Part shown: positions 1 through 13,362 of the stretch, piece after piece
Layout: each line of letters begins with the position of its first letter
Numbering within the stretch: position 1 is the stretch's first letter
From: Chiloscyllium plagiosum
Taxonomy: Eukaryota
Direction of reading: 5' to 3'
Length of the DNA stretch: 64,000 bases
NCBI RefSeq assembly: GCF_004010195.1
Contig: NC_057718.1
Location: forward strand, 65,906,770-65,970,769
Made by a program: the position numbers and the translations under genes
The notes under the pieces: model-generated
The model's input: only the letters and a program-made list of their open reading frames with translations
What the model was told of the DNA's origin: nothing
Database searches by the model: none

Positions 1-680
1 AGCCAGACAGGTTCAGAAGGAAGTGGAGGTGATGCTCAACAAAGATATCATTGAACCGAGTTACAGCGAATGGAGTTCACTGTTCGTGTTAGTTCCCACA
101 GCTGATGGACTCGATGATTTTGTGTGGATTATCAAAAGGTCAATGCCATAACAAAACCGGACTCATACTGAGATTGGAGGACTGTATAGAGAAAGTTGGA
201 CAAATCACAATGTTTAACTTACTGCATGGTTATGGGCAGGTACCTTTATCGGAGAAAACAAAAGAAATTTCTGTGTTTGTAACCCCAAATGGGCTAAATC
301 AATTCAAACTTTGGAATGAAGAACACACCCACCTCATTCCAAAGACTCATGAACAGAGTTGTGGCTGAGTTAGCAAACTATGCCATCTATTTGGATGATG
401 TAGTGATCTTTAGTGACTCCTGGAAAGGTCACACAGTACAGTTAGCAGAGTTCTTTGAATGATTAAGAGAAGCAAAACTGGCAATAAATTTACAGAAAAC
501 AGAATTTGCGAAAGTAGAGGTGACATTCTTGCAACATGACATCATTCAAGGTTGACTCCAAGGAACGCAGAGATGAAGAATTTCCATGATCAACCTCGAA
601 TAAAGAGGTGCTTCAATTTTTGAGACAAAGCAGATTCTACTGGAAGTTTGTTCCAAACTTCAGCAGTCTAATGGCACCAT
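1..680 (+). mobile_element. Degenerate Gypsy/Ty3 LTR-retrotransposon reverse transcriptase fragment
   Basis: Frameshifted translation gives IIEPSYSEWSS, CVDYQKVNAITKPD, LLHGYGQVPL, FVTPNG, FGMKN.P.SFQRLMNRV and IYLDDVVIFS, i.e. Ty3/Gypsy RT motifs. No RNase H or integrase is recognisable before the LTR. Confidence 0.9.
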
Positions 681-770
681 TAACTTAGATTAATGTCCTA
701 TGTATGTAATGTTAATGTAGTTAAGAAATAGAAAAAAAAGCCATCTTTTCATTATTTTGGTTTGGGGAGG

Positions 771-1480
771 TGTTGTGGAGTTGAAGGCATGTACTGTACC
801 TTTGAGAAAGAGTGAAAGTTGAAAAGTTGGCAAACCTGTCATGTGACTGACTGTAGGCACAGTGTGTGCTGGATAATTTGAAGATTTAACATTTGAGATG
901 TAGCTCAGGTACTGAGTTGTTTACACAACAATTTGAATTCAACCACTCAGGTTAAAAATGCCCCAAGTTATTAATGCCCAATCGAATTTGAATTTTACTG
1001 TTTTGACAACATCAAACCAATGAGATGATCCAATGTTTTGGGGTATAAAAGCAGGCATTTTGGACAGTTAGCTGGAGAAAGAGCACCTTCTGCTATCAAA
1101 CGGCTGCTATTTAAACACATTCTCTGTGAAAGGTACCTTTTTCATATGAAACATCTTTGCAGCAGAAGACCGAAGATAACCAAGGAAGATACAGAGGAGG
1201 ATCGACACACTGGCTGGTTTTGAAAATTGATTTTCTGTAAATTTAATAGAGGCTTTATTGGATCAGTATATTGTTATAGAGTGGGAGATGGATACATTGT
1301 GAAGACAAAGTTGTTGTTTAATGTCCTCTTTTGGAGTTAAAGAATAAATTGTTAATTTTTTTCTTTAAATAGTGGAATTTAGGTAGTTCTCTGTCACTCA
1401 TTCTTTAACAGATTATGAGGTGAGGTAAGGTTTTCTGTGTGTTTGTTCAATGAGCAGAAGGGTTTCCCCGTGTTGTAACA
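771..1480 (+). mobile_element. Probable 3' LTR of the Gypsy element
   Basis: Starts TGT immediately after a short purine tract (GGGGAGG, 764-770), ends ...TGTAACA; contains TATAAAA (~1044) and AATAAA (~1343). Confidence 0.7.
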
Positions 1481-2749
1481 CCTATTAATTCCTCAAAATA
1501 TTTATTTTGAGATGGAGGAAGAAATCCAATTTGCCAGGTACACATCTAACGTTTACTTTGGATTTCTGAAATGCTGAGCTTCTTTATCTGATTGAAGTTG
1601 ATTTAGGAAAGCAAAGTTAATTCCAATGAGTTGTGTTTAATGAGATTCTACTGTATGTACAAGCTTCTCAGCATCTGCTGTTAACCTCTTGCCACATAAA
1701 TAAAATCTTCTCATTTCATCATGGAATTTTTAAAATCTATTATCTTAGATCTTAATCCTGCATTTACTGACCTTGAAGCTAATGAAAACAATTTTTACAA
1801 ATTTACTTCATCAAAACCACTCACACTTTTGAATACTCCCATAATTACCGAGAAGATCTAAGCTTCTTCAGTCACTTTATGCAATGGCCTAATCATCTCA
1901 CTCCTCATCTTTGGCACTTTTCTAGTTAATCTCCTCCATAACCCTTTAAAATTCATGTCATTTGTCCTAAATTTGATGCTAGTATTGGGGACACAATAAT
2001 CGAACTGAGGTCTAGACTATGTATTTATAGGGCAAGTTCCTATCTCTGTGGCCACCCTCTGAATGCAATGCATTGCTGCCTGGCCCATAGCTTTTAGTCA
2101 ACTGACATCCAAGAGGGATTGAAAGAAGGAAGAGATATTGTGCTGAAGGATAGTTCCTGTTAACTGAGAAAGAGTGGGAATTGACAGCTTATGCTCAACT
2201 TCAGTGAAAATTATATATGAAGGATAGTTATGGGGAGAGTAACGGCCAAACTGGGAAGGTTAGGCCAGAGATCCTGAGACAGGAAAGTACTATTTGAATC
2301 TCAAGGATATTTAATTTAACACTGATGATGACTGATGACAAGTTGAAGACTCTGAGAATTTGGGGCAGGGAATTGGGCATTTAAACTCAGAGGGGGTGGG
2401 TGGAGGTAAGGCAAAGCTCCCTGCTAGGGGTTCATGGCTCATAGGAACCCTATCTGAGGGAAAGTCAAGGGTGATGGACTGAGACTCAAAGCTCATGGAG
2501 GGAAGTTCAATTGTGACTGGGAAACCTGCATAATCATGAATGTATTTCCAGGGCCGCTGCTCCAGTCTCTGTACACATGTCTGCATAATAAGAATTGCTA
2601 TTCAAATTTCCTAACAATTCTCTTAAGTAGCATTTTATCAAATACCTCCATAAAGTTAATGTCCTCAATGTTCATAATCTCCTCCATTATCAATGGATGA
2701 AATGAATCATGTTTGTAGGTACAATTTGCCTGTAATCTGTTCATGCTGC

Positions 2750-4470
2750 TTCAAGGCAGGCATCCATGCAAGAGGATTCGTAGTAGGGTTAAAATCAACT
2801 AGGGTTAAAATCAACTAGGTAAAAACAATGACTGCAGATGCTGTCATTGATTTTAACCCTACTGCAAATCCTCTTGCAAGGATGCCTGCCTTGAAGAAGT
2901 TTTCCTCCTCTCTCTACAAGAATCTCAGGGAGTCCCTCTCCCACTGCAATTCCTCTGCCCTGAAGCTCTTCAACCATGTCCTGAAACAAACTCGCTACCA
3001 CAGCCACATTTGCTTCCTCAGTGCCTGCCTCCGTAACCAACTCATCCCGCACGGACTCTGGACCACCTTTAAACCAGCAGAGTTTGGACCCGAACAGGAC
3101 AAACAGTACAGACTATAGATTCAAAAACACTAGCAACGGTTCTCCTTCAAGATCCTCCGCTCCATGCTTGCAGCAATGCGCCGGCACCTAACCTCTCTGC
3201 AGTCAGCCCTGCCTCAGCTGAGGGCCACACTCTCTCAGAATTGCAAAGGACCCACTCTATACTACATCCTCAGGAGAATTCATACTCTCAACAAACAGTA
3301 TTCAACTCCATCTCAAACATCAAAAACTGTAAGTACAACAAACTTTTATCTACCCACCTCCATAACCAGCACTCCTCAAACATTCCAGAAGATTCCCCTG
3401 GCCTCTGGAACTGCTTGGACTCCATTAGCCGTGCAGCTACCACCCCCATGCTGATTGATGATGTCACTTCCGCCACCACCATGGCCACTCTCACAACCAC
3501 TTCTACCCCTCACAATTCCTCATACATCACACGTGACATCACTTCCGCCCCTCACATCATCGCTGATGTCACACGCTCAGTGACTTCTGCCACCCCTACT
3601 GCCGTGTCTGCCACCACTTCCGCCCCCACCNNNNNNNNNNNNNNNNNNNNNNNNNNNNNNNNNNNNNNNNNNNNNNNNNNNNNNNNNNNNNNNNNNNNNN
3701 NNNNNNNNNNNNNNNNNNNNNNNNNNNNNNNNNNNNNNNNNNNNNNNNNNNNNNNNNNNNNNNNNNNNNNNNNNNNNNNNNNNNNNNNNNNNNNNNNNNN
3801 NNNNNNNNNNNNNNNNNNNNNNNNNNNNNNNNNNNNNNNNNNNNNNNNNNNNNNNNNNNNNNNNNNNNNNNNNNNNNNNNNNNNNNNNNNNNNNNNNNNN
3901 NNNNNNNNCAACGTGCAGCCCTCCAATCCCTCTGCTCCAATCCTGAACTCACAATCAAGCCAGCGGATGAAGGGGGCGCAGTGGTAGTCTGGCGCACTGA
4001 CCTCTACATCGCTGAAGTCAAACGCCAACTCGAGGACACCTCTTCCTACCGCCCCCTTGACCATGACCCCACCCCATCACCAAACCATCATCTCCCAGAC
4101 CATACAGAACCTCATCACCTCAGGAGATCTCCCACCCACAGCTTCCAACCTCATAGTCCGGGAACCCTGCACTGCCCGGTTCTACCTCCTTCCCAAGATC
4201 CACAAGCCTGACCACCCTGGCCGACCCATTGTCTCAGCATGTTCCTGCCCCACTGAACTCATCTCTACATACCTACCCTTAGTCCAGGAACTCCCCACAT
4301 ACGTTCGAGACACCACCCACGCCCTCCACCTCCTCCAAGATTTCCGTTTCTCCGGCCCCCAACATCTCATCTTCACCATGGATATCCAATCCCTCTACAT
4401 CTCCATCCGCCATGACCAGGGCCTCCAAGCCTTCTGTTTTTTCCTCTCCCCATGTCCCCAACAGTACTCT
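2750..4470 (+). mobile_element. Penelope-like element, family A: ORF N-terminus and RT start, disrupted and gapped
   Basis: ORF pieces HSHICFLSACLRNQLIP, KGGAVVVWRTDLY, ARFYLLPKIHKP..PGRPIVSAC and FTMDIQSLY are typical of PLE RT. N-gap at 3631-3908. Confidence 0.9.
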
Positions 4471-4849
4471 TCCTTAATCTGTTCATGCTGAGCGTCATTC
4501 AGTAATCTATGTTTTTCCAAGTGACAATTAATTTTATCCCAGATTATGGTTTCTAGCTTTCTTCACAAGGCAATACAGCCAATAGTGAATGAATTTAACC
4601 CTTGAACAGAGGTATAATGTACAAATAGCCGACCACCTTGCATAGTCAGTGAGGATTTAAAGATTGTAGGAAGAATCTCTGTTAGTTCCACCCACACTTA
4701 GCCCCAGCAACCTCAGTTACATGATAAGAAGCAAGATGGGGAGTGGGCAGTGCAGTTTAAACTGTGACACTGGAGTGTAATGGTTGTCTCTCACTTTCTC
4801 CCTCTCTGTTGGTGAGTCTGTGAAAGGCTTGGAGGAAGAAAAATCACAG

Positions 4850-5140
4850 TTAGATTAGATTTGACAGTATGGAAACAGGCCCTTTGGCACAACAAATCCA
4901 CGCTGACCCTCCAAAGAATTACCCACCCAGACCTATTTCTCTACCCAATATTATTCCTGACTTGACAACTTAGCATGGCCAATTCAAATGACTTGCACAT
5001 CTTTGGGGTGTGGGAGGAAACCCACGCAGACATCAGGACAATATGCAAACTCCACAGACAGTCACCCGAGGATGAAATCGAACTCGGGTCCCTGGTGTTG
5101 TGAGGCAGCAGAGCTAACCACTGAGCCACTGTGCCACCCC
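4850..5140 (-). mobile_element. tRNA-derived SINE (shark HE1-like)
   Basis: Reverse strand starts GGGTGGCACAGTGGCTCAGTGGTTAGC (A box), has a GAGTTCGATT B box and a (TCTAA)n tail; similar to copies at 16.6, 17.2, 26.8 and 60.6 kb. Confidence 0.88.
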
Positions 5141-5259
5141 ATGATGATTTCAGAGTAGGAGAAAGCTGCTCGACCAGGGTTGGTGGTGGGGTGTGGAGGT
5201 AATTCTATAGTAATCATTTAATCCAGATGAATGAATGAGAACAAACTAGTTTGATGCAA

Positions 5260-5612
5260 TCTTTTTACCAACTAAAAGATGCACTGCAGAAATTCACCAA
5301 TGCTCCTTAGACAGCATCTTTCAAACCCACAAACACTACCATCAAAAAGGACAGGGGTAGCAGATATATGGGAACATCATCACCTGCAAATTCCCCTCCA
5401 AGTCAGTCATCATCATGACCTGAAATATATCACCATTTCTTCACTGTTATTGGACAAAAATTGGGAAATTCCTTCCCTGAAAGCATTTTGGGTATTCCTA
5501 CACCAAATGGTCTTCAGCAATTCAAGAAGGCAGCTTAAACCCACCTCCTCAAGAACAAAAAGAGATGGGCATTGAGCATTGATCCAGCCTGTGCCACTCA
5601 CATTCCATGTGT
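5260..5612 (+). repeat. Old interspersed repeat (LINE 3'-end-like); related copies at 11560-11790 (-) and 39850-40170 (+)
   Basis: All three sites share the motif CAGCAATTCAAGAAGGCAGCT...CACC. Confidence 0.6.
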
Positions 5613-5686
5613 GAATAGAGAAAAACTAAAATCTAATTTAGATTATTAAAGTTGTAAATTGTGTAATTTATCAAAGAATTATGATG

Positions 5687-7890
5687 AAGCTTTAAAAGGC
5701 ACCGAAGGGGCAACTTTTTCACACAGAGGGTGATACATGTATTGAATGAGCTGCCAGAGGATGTGGTGGAGGCTAGTACAATTACAACATTTAGAGGCAT
5801 AGAGTCATAGAGATGTATAGCATGGAAACAGCCACTTTGGTCCAACTCGTCCATATTGATCAGATAACCTAAATTAATCTAATCCAGCACTTGGCCCATA
5901 TCCCTCTAAACCCTTCCTATTCATATACCCATTCAGATGCCTTTTAAATGTTTTAATTGTACCAGCCTTCAACACTTCCTCTGGCAGCTCATTGCTTTTC
6001 CTTATCACCTTTCTGAAACAGTGGTACCACGTCAGCAAATCTCCAGGCTCCCGGCACCTCACCTGTGACTAGCAATGATAAAAATATCTCAGCAAGGGGC
6101 CTAGCAATCACTTCCCTAGCTTCCCACAGAGTTTGAGGGTACACCTGATCAGGTCCTGGGGATTTAGCCACCTTTATGCATTTTAAGATATCCAGCACCT
6201 CATCCTCTGAAATGTGGACATTTTACAAGATGTCACCATCTATTTCCCCACATTCTCTATCTTCTGTGTCCTTCTGCACAGTAAATGCTGATGCAAAATA
6301 CTCATTTATAATCTCCCCCATCTCCTGTGGTTCCACGCATAGGTTGCCTTGCTGATCTTTGAGGGGTCCTATTCTCTCTCTAGTTACCCTTTTGTCCTTA
6401 ATGTATTTGTAATACATTAAGGATTTTCCTTAACCCAATTTGCCAAAGCTACCTCATGTATCCTTTTTTCCCTCTTGATACCCTTCTTAAGTATACTCCT
6501 ACTGCCTTTATAATCTTCTAAGCATTCACTCAGTCTCTGCTGTCTAAACCTGACATATGCTCCCTTCTTTTTCTTGACCAAAACCTCAATTTCTCTAGTC
6601 ATCCAGTGTTCCCTAAACCGTCAGCAATTCCTTTCACTCTAACAGGAATATGCTGTCTCCAGACACTCATTATCTCAGTTTTGAAGGCTTCCCATTTTCT
6701 AGCCTTTACCTGCGAGCACCTGACCCCAATCTACTTCTGAAAGTTCTTGCCTAAAGGTCTTGGCCTTTGTCCAACTTAGAACTTTAACTATTAGATCCTG
6801 TCTATCCTTTTCCATCAGCATTTTAAAACTAATGTATGGCTACTGGTCCCAAAGTGCTCCCCCACTGACACCTCAGTCACTTGCCCTGTCTTATTTCCCA
6901 AGAGTAGGTCAAGTTTTGCACCTTCTCGAGTAAGTATATCCACATACTGAATCAGAACATTTTCTTGTACGCACTTAACAAATTCCTCTCCATTTAAACC
7001 CTTAACACTATGGCAACGTTTGGAAAGTTAAAATCCCCGACCATAACCACCTTATTATTCTTCCAGGTAACTGAGATCTCCTCACAAATTTGTTTCTCAA
7101 TTTCTCTCTGACTACTGTGAGATCTATAGTACAATTCCAATACGATGATCATCCCTTTCTTATTTCTCAGTTCAACCCAAATAACTTCTCTGAATGTAGT
7201 CCCAGGAAATCCTCCCTAAGTACAGCCATAATGCTAGTCCTTATCAAAATCACCTCTCCTCCTCCTCTCTTGCCCCCCTTTCTCTTCTTCCTTTAGCATT
7301 GGTATTCTGGAACATTAAGCTGCCAGTTCTGTCCAACCTTGAGCCATGTCTCCATAAATGCTATGATATCCCAATCCCATGTTCCTAACCATGCCCTGAG
7401 TTCATCTGCCTTCCCTGTTAGGCCTCTTGCATTGAAATAAATGCAGTTTAATTTATCAGTTCTGTCTCGTTCTCTGCTTTGTTCCTGCTTGTCCTGACTG
7501 TTTGACTTGCGCATTTTCCCAACTACTGTATACCAGTGTCAGACTGATCTTATTTCTCACTATCCTGCTAGGTCCATCATCCCCTATGCTTTCCAAAACA
7601 GCATTTTTGTTTGCAATGGGGGTAGCTACAGGAGACTCCTGCACTACCTGCCTCCCTCTCCTACCTTTTCTGGAGTTAACCCATCTACCTGACTATATCT
7701 GCATTTTTTCTCCCTTCCTGTAACTGCCATTCATCACACACCATAGGTCCTGTAAATTCCTCATTGCCTCTAACTGCCACTCCAAGCGATCCATGCAACT
7801 GGATAGGATTCACAAACAAACACATTTGCTGCAGACATAATCACCAGTAACATGGAAACTTTCCATAATCACCCACATTCGACAGGAAGA
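5687..7890 (-). mobile_element. CR1-type LINE: ORF1 Cys motif, APE endonuclease, RT core deleted, 3' tail
   Basis: Minus-strand ORFs LNCIYFNARGLTGKADELRAWLGTWDWDIIA, YIKDKRVTRERIGPLKDQQG and KSPGPDQVYP; tail (CTCTATGA)n near 5800; an inverted + strand CR1 3' piece at 5690-5797. Confidence 0.9.
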
Positions 7891-7953
7891 GCACATCTGA
7901 TGTATCTGATGTATTGTTGGTTGGAGGTCCTGACAGTGAAGATGTCTTGCTCG

Positions 7954-8031
7954 AACTTATGCTTGAAAATGTTGGTGTATTGGGGTGTAAACTTATGCTT
8001 GAAAATGTTGGCGTATTGGGGTGTAAACTTA
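7954..8031. repeat. 36-bp tandem duplication inside the PLE RT
   Basis: AACTTATGCTTGAAAATGTTGG(T/C)GTATTGGGGTGTA occurs twice, followed by AACTTA. Confidence 0.95.
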
Positions 8032-8227
8032 GTCCCCATGGCTATTCTGTATATCTGGATAAAGAATTGGATTTTGAAGGTGAAGATGTTGTGGTCGAGG
8101 ATGAAGCAGCTGAGTTGTTGGATGGCGTTGGGAATTGGCAGTTGTCTGTGTTGAGTACTGAGGCTGTTACAGCGAAGTCATCATCGTGGAAGATGCTGGT
8201 GTAGAGTGCCGAAATGTCCAATGTGAC

Positions 8228-9015
8228 CATAAGACCATAAGACATAGGAGTGGAAGTAAGGCCATTCGGCCCATCGAGTTCACTCTGCCATTTAATCATG
8301 GCTGATGGGCATTTCAACTCCACTTACCCGCATTCTCCCCGTAGCCCTTAATTCCTTGTGACATCAAGAATTTATCAATCTCTGCCTTGAAGACATTTAG
8401 CGTCCCGGCCTCCACTGCACTCCGCGGCAATGAATTCCACAGGCCCACCACTCTCTGGCTGAAGAAACGTCTCCGCATTTCTGTTCTGAATTGACCCCCT
8501 CTAATTCTAAGGCTGTGTCCACAGGTCCTAGTCTCCTCGCCTAACNNNNNNNNNNNNNNNNNNNNNNNNNNNNNNNNNNNNNNNNNNNNNNNNNNNNNNN
8601 NNNNNNNNNNNNNNNNNNNNNNNNNNNNNNNNNNNNNNNNNNNNNNNNNNNNNNNNNNNNNNNNNNNNNNNNNNNNNNNNNNNNNNNNNNNNNNNNNNNN
8701 NNNNNNNNNNNNNNNNNNNNNNNNNNNNNNNNNNNNNNNNNNNNNNNNNNNNNNNNNNNNNNNNNNNNNNNNNNNNAGTGCAAGACCTCACATTTGCTCA
8801 CATTGGACTTCATCAGCCATTTCCTGGACCACTCTCCCAAACTGTCTAGATCCTTCTGCAGCCTCCCCACTTCCTCAGTACTACCTGCCTGTCCACCTAA
8901 CTTTGTATCATCGGCAAACTTCGCTAGAATGCCCCCAGTCCCTTCATCCAAATCATTAATATATAACGTGAATAGCTGCGGCCCCAACACTGAACACTGT
9001 GGGACACCACTTGTC
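8228..9015 (-). mobile_element. 5'-truncated CR1 LINE (RT end plus 3' tail)
   Basis: ORF SGVPQCSVLGPQLFTLYINDLD...KFADDTKLGG; tail (TCTTATGG)n at 8228-8245; N-gap at 8546-8776. Confidence 0.88.
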
Positions 9016-9756
9016 AGTACTGAGGCTGTTACAGCGAAGCCATCATCGTGGGGGATGCTGGTGTAGAGTGCCGAAATGTCCAATGTGACGAGGTACGTTT
9101 CTGGTTTGACAGGTCCGTGGGTGCTGAGTTTCTGTAAGAAGTCTGTAGTGTCACAACAGAAGCTGGGGTTCCTTGTACTATGGGTTTCAAGATGTCCTCA
9201 ACATAGTCAAAAAGTTCTCACACTGGGTCCTGTTGCCTGTTACGTTAGGACGTCAAGGAGAGTTGGCTTTGTTTATCTTCAGAAGGCAGTAGAAGTCATC
9301 TAAGCAAGAGGTACGCAGGTTGAGAGTGCATAGAATACCCTGAAGGTCTAGATCAAAAGTCTTGATCTGACTGTTAAGTTCTTTGGTTGGGGCAGCAGGT
9401 AATTGCCTGTAGTGTTCCTGGTTGTTCAGTTGTTGGTACACTTCTTTGCAGTAGTCTGTTCTATCCTGTATGATAATAGCTCCTTCTTTGTCTGTTGGTT
9501 TGATGATGGTGTTGCATGGGAGCTTGGATGATGTTCTGTTGTGCTTGGATGGCATTTTTGGCTATCTTGTGAACTTGGCTGATGAATTTGGTGTTGATGC
9601 ATCCCCTGACAGCTTCAGTGTACATGTCGAGCCAAGGGCAGCGGCCTTCTAGAACGGCCCAATTCAACTTTTCTTTCTTTGGTTGGTCCACTCTGGATCT
9701 CTCTGTTGACTGTTCTGGTTCATTGGTTGTCTCACTGGGCTCACTGTTGACATCTT

Positions 9757-9982
9757 ACATAGAACATAGAACATAGAAGAATACAGCACAGTACAGGCCC
9801 TTTGGCCCTCGATGTTGCGCCGATCCAAGCCCACCTAACCTATACTAACCCACTATCCTCCATATACCTATCCAATGCCCGCTTAAATGCCCATAAAGTG
9901 GGAGAGTCCACCACTGCTGCTGGCAGGGCATTCCATGAACTTACGACTCGCTGAGTGAAGAACCTACCCCTAACTTCAGTCC
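9757..9982 (-). mobile_element. Short CR1 3'-end insertion
   Basis: (ACATAGA)3 tail followed by CR1-type 3' UTR; the PLE sequence resumes at 9983. Confidence 0.75.
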
Positions 9983-12900
9983 TTCTTGGGGTTTGTGGAA
10001 GAATTCCCAGAGCCTCATTTGCCTGATGAATTCCTCAGTGTCTGCAGTAAGACTAGTGGGATTCACTGTGAGTAGTGAGGCAGACATTGAGCCTTCGGCT
10101 GAGAACTTGAACTTCATCTGGCTGAAGGGTATAGTCAGACAAGTTGACACCAGTCCTTCCTTACTGTTCTGTTTTGACACCATCACTTTGCTAACTTGTT
10201 ATCTCTCCAGCTTAATCAGTTTGTCCAATTTTGGATTATTTGTTGCTTTGTTTAGACCCTAGTCATGTGACTCTTTCATTTCAGCCATTTGCTTTGTCTC
10301 TAGCACCGTCCTATTTTTGATTTTTTGTAATTATTAATCAGATCGTAGGTCATCCCTTCACTTGCTATTCAACTATAGACACTTTACTCACACCATTAGA
10401 CACTTTTGATCCCCTTCAAAGATTTGTTATTCAGCCTGTTGACACTCCCCTCACACTATTTGGAATTACCCAGTCACACGCTTAACTACCTCCCTCCCAC
10501 TACGTATAGTGCTGCCCCAATATTTGCAACTAGGTTATAAGGAGTTAGCTAGCTGATATGCCTTTGTGACTTTGAAAACTTTGGGAACATAGGATCTAGA
10601 GGAACCCAAGGATCTACAAGTGCAGGTGCGCCGTCCTCAGCCTGAGCTGCTGCAGTAATAATGCCTCTCCCTATGAGTACCAACTGGCATAATGTGTTTC
10701 CTTAAGAAGGGGCAACTGTACTGAGATTGAGATGCCTTTTTTTGCCTTACCACCCATGAATAGAACAATAGAGTGCAGATTTGAGTACTGTACATATTGA
10801 GCAGCCATTGAGCACTGGAACCGCAAGGCAACTGCTATCATTTCTTCTTACTTGTCAGAGCCAATGTAGTAGACAGAAGATAGATGGATTCCTTCATCTT
10901 TTGCTTCAGCCTAGTGAGGGAGTTTAGCATCGCTGTCTGGAATTCCTGTGCCTGCCTCTGCAAATTAACCATGTCACTTATGACCGAGGACAGAAGCATG
11001 TCTTCTGCCTGGGCATCAGAAGATGTCTTGTCTCCAGCAATCCTCCAAGTAGTGAAGACTTTGGTGTTTCTTTCTCTACCAGCTGTCAATAGATGTGTTT
11101 AATAATTATTTCCCCTTCTCTACTCTCACTAATGTACCCACTGAGGTGGCTGAGTGTATTGGTGGAGAGTGCAGGTGAGTGCCTTGGTAGGGGTGTTGCT
11201 GGTGCAGAGGGTTCAGGCTGTGGCCTGTTGTGGTGGGTGCTGTTCATGGCTGCAGAAGAGTAGAGAAAGTATTAGTTGGTGAAGATGCATGATAGCTTAT
11301 GTAGAACAATATGTTTACTCTTGTATTTGTGGAACAGAGCAGAGTACAATATTGCTTATGGCATTCTTGGTCACTCCCGTCTCCCTGCCACCACAGGAAT
11401 AGACCCAGTCTTATGCTCTGATGTATTTGTTCTTATTAATCATCTAGTTACTCTCAGCCATTCTTTGTACTCTAACCAGTCATCTAACCTGCCATTCAGC
11501 TTTGTACAATTATATTTTTTCCTGAAGCTTGACACTTTCATTTAGTTCTTTAGTTGGCTATGGATGGTGTGTCCTCCCTTTGGATTTTTTTCTGAGGGAT
11601 GAGGGTTTTTCTGGCAAGGCCAGCATTAACTGCCCATTTTGAGTTGTCCTTGAGAAGGTGGTGGTGAGCTGCCATCTGAACCACTGCAATCCATTTGGTG
11701 TAAATATATTGTTTGGGAAGATTTTCCAGGATTTTGAATCCAAAAATGCTGAAAAAACAACACTATATTTCCAAATCAAGTGGCTTGGAGAGGAACTTGC
11801 CATGAATCTACTGCAAGTTTTCTCTGATTATCGTTTTTCTGTTTCATGGACCTTCAACATTTCTGCACTGCAATTGCTTCCAGATGTGTTACCAATGTGT
11901 TGACAGTGTGTGAGGAAGCTCCAAGGGTAGCTTAGAGAGCACATTGATCATCTACTCTCACACTATGACAACTGCTACATAGCGGTACCTTTACACAGAG
12001 GTCTTTAACTGACTGTATCATATTGCACAATATCAAGTCAAATACAGCCTGTTCTTTCATTGGTTTCAGAACATGTTGCTTTAAGAAGCCACTTTCTGTC
12101 AAAGTTATTGTAAGCTTGCTCAGTTTATTTATGGATTAAAATCATCCATGATTATTATCGTCCCTTTACCACAAGCCCTTCTTGTACACTTCTTCTTATA
12201 TCATACTTGATGATAAGAGGCCGAGAGATCACTCCAAGTAGTGACCTTCATCCTGTTATTCCTCATCTCCACCCAAACCAATTCTACACCCTGATCTCCT
12301 GGATCAGGGTCATCTCTAATCACTGAACAAATACCCTCTTTTAATAGAAGTGCTGACCATTTTTCCTATTCTTCTTCAGTGTTATATACACCTCAATTTT
12401 CAGACACAATTCTTGCCATAATACAGCCACATCTTTATTTGATCAGATTTAATCACATAAATATTCATTTACTTTACACAAACGCTATACATTCAGATAC
12501 TTAGTATCTTGTTTTTCATTATTTTTGTAACATTTAGTCTTCACCCCTGCTGTATTCTTAGGGATTTTTTTTCTCTGACCTAAATTTTCCATTTTACTAT
12601 TTTTGTCTCCTGTCTTAGCCTAGCCTTTAGCAGTTACATTTACCCAAGCACCTTACTGCAGTACTAAAATACTGGAATATGCTAGGGACCTGAACAATGA
12701 GGGCTATAGTATCAAATCTGAGAGAATCACATGAGAAATCTAGTGAGGCCATTCTCAACATCAGAAGCAATCAGTTTTCGAAAGAGTTCCAAGTGCCAAG
12801 ATGAGATTCTTGCTAGGCAGCAGTGAGATGCCTATTATGGCAATAAGAGCTTATTATCACACTCATCAGCTGCACATCTCACCTCATTAATGTGTAGCTT

Positions 12901-13362
12901 CCTATCCTATTGCCTGCTGTGAAAAAATTAGTTTTTGAGAATTCCTAATAGGAAAGTCAGAGTGGGTACATGGAAACACAAGCTTGCTGCTTTCTCCTGT
13001 GGGTCTCCATCTCGGGCAGCCAGCACTGATATTTCACAACGTGCTCCAGGGCATTGACTGTACAACATCTCATGTCCAGAGTCACTGGCATCTGTCAACT
13101 GTCAGCCTGTATTTCAGGGTTGACTGGCAACTAGTATTGAAATGTTGCTGCAAGGAGGCTTCTTGTCCAGGGACAACCGCCCAGCTCACTGTTTGGACCA
13201 GGCTGTGTAACAGGGCTGCACACCTGCTCTCTTGGTAGTCTTTCACTTACCACCGACCTGCATGTGCACATCCTGGGCTTGCCTTAGATTACCTTGCAGG
13301 ACCATATCTCTTAGCAGGTTGGAGATCAGCCAGAGCCTAAACGCTAACCGTTCTAAGAGTCA

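Larger units (their letters stand above)
7895..10480 (-). mobile_element. Penelope-like element (second family), RT region interrupted by two CR1 insertions
   Basis: Minus-strand ORFs IIKPTDKEGAIIIQDRTDY, FYCLLKINKANSP, DISALYTSIPHDDG and YIRYI. Confidence 0.85.

Noticed and set aside
10540..13330. Possible decayed Harbinger/Myb-type transposon fragments
   Set aside because: I could not support any motif or terminus by eye; a Dfam or Repbase search is needed.
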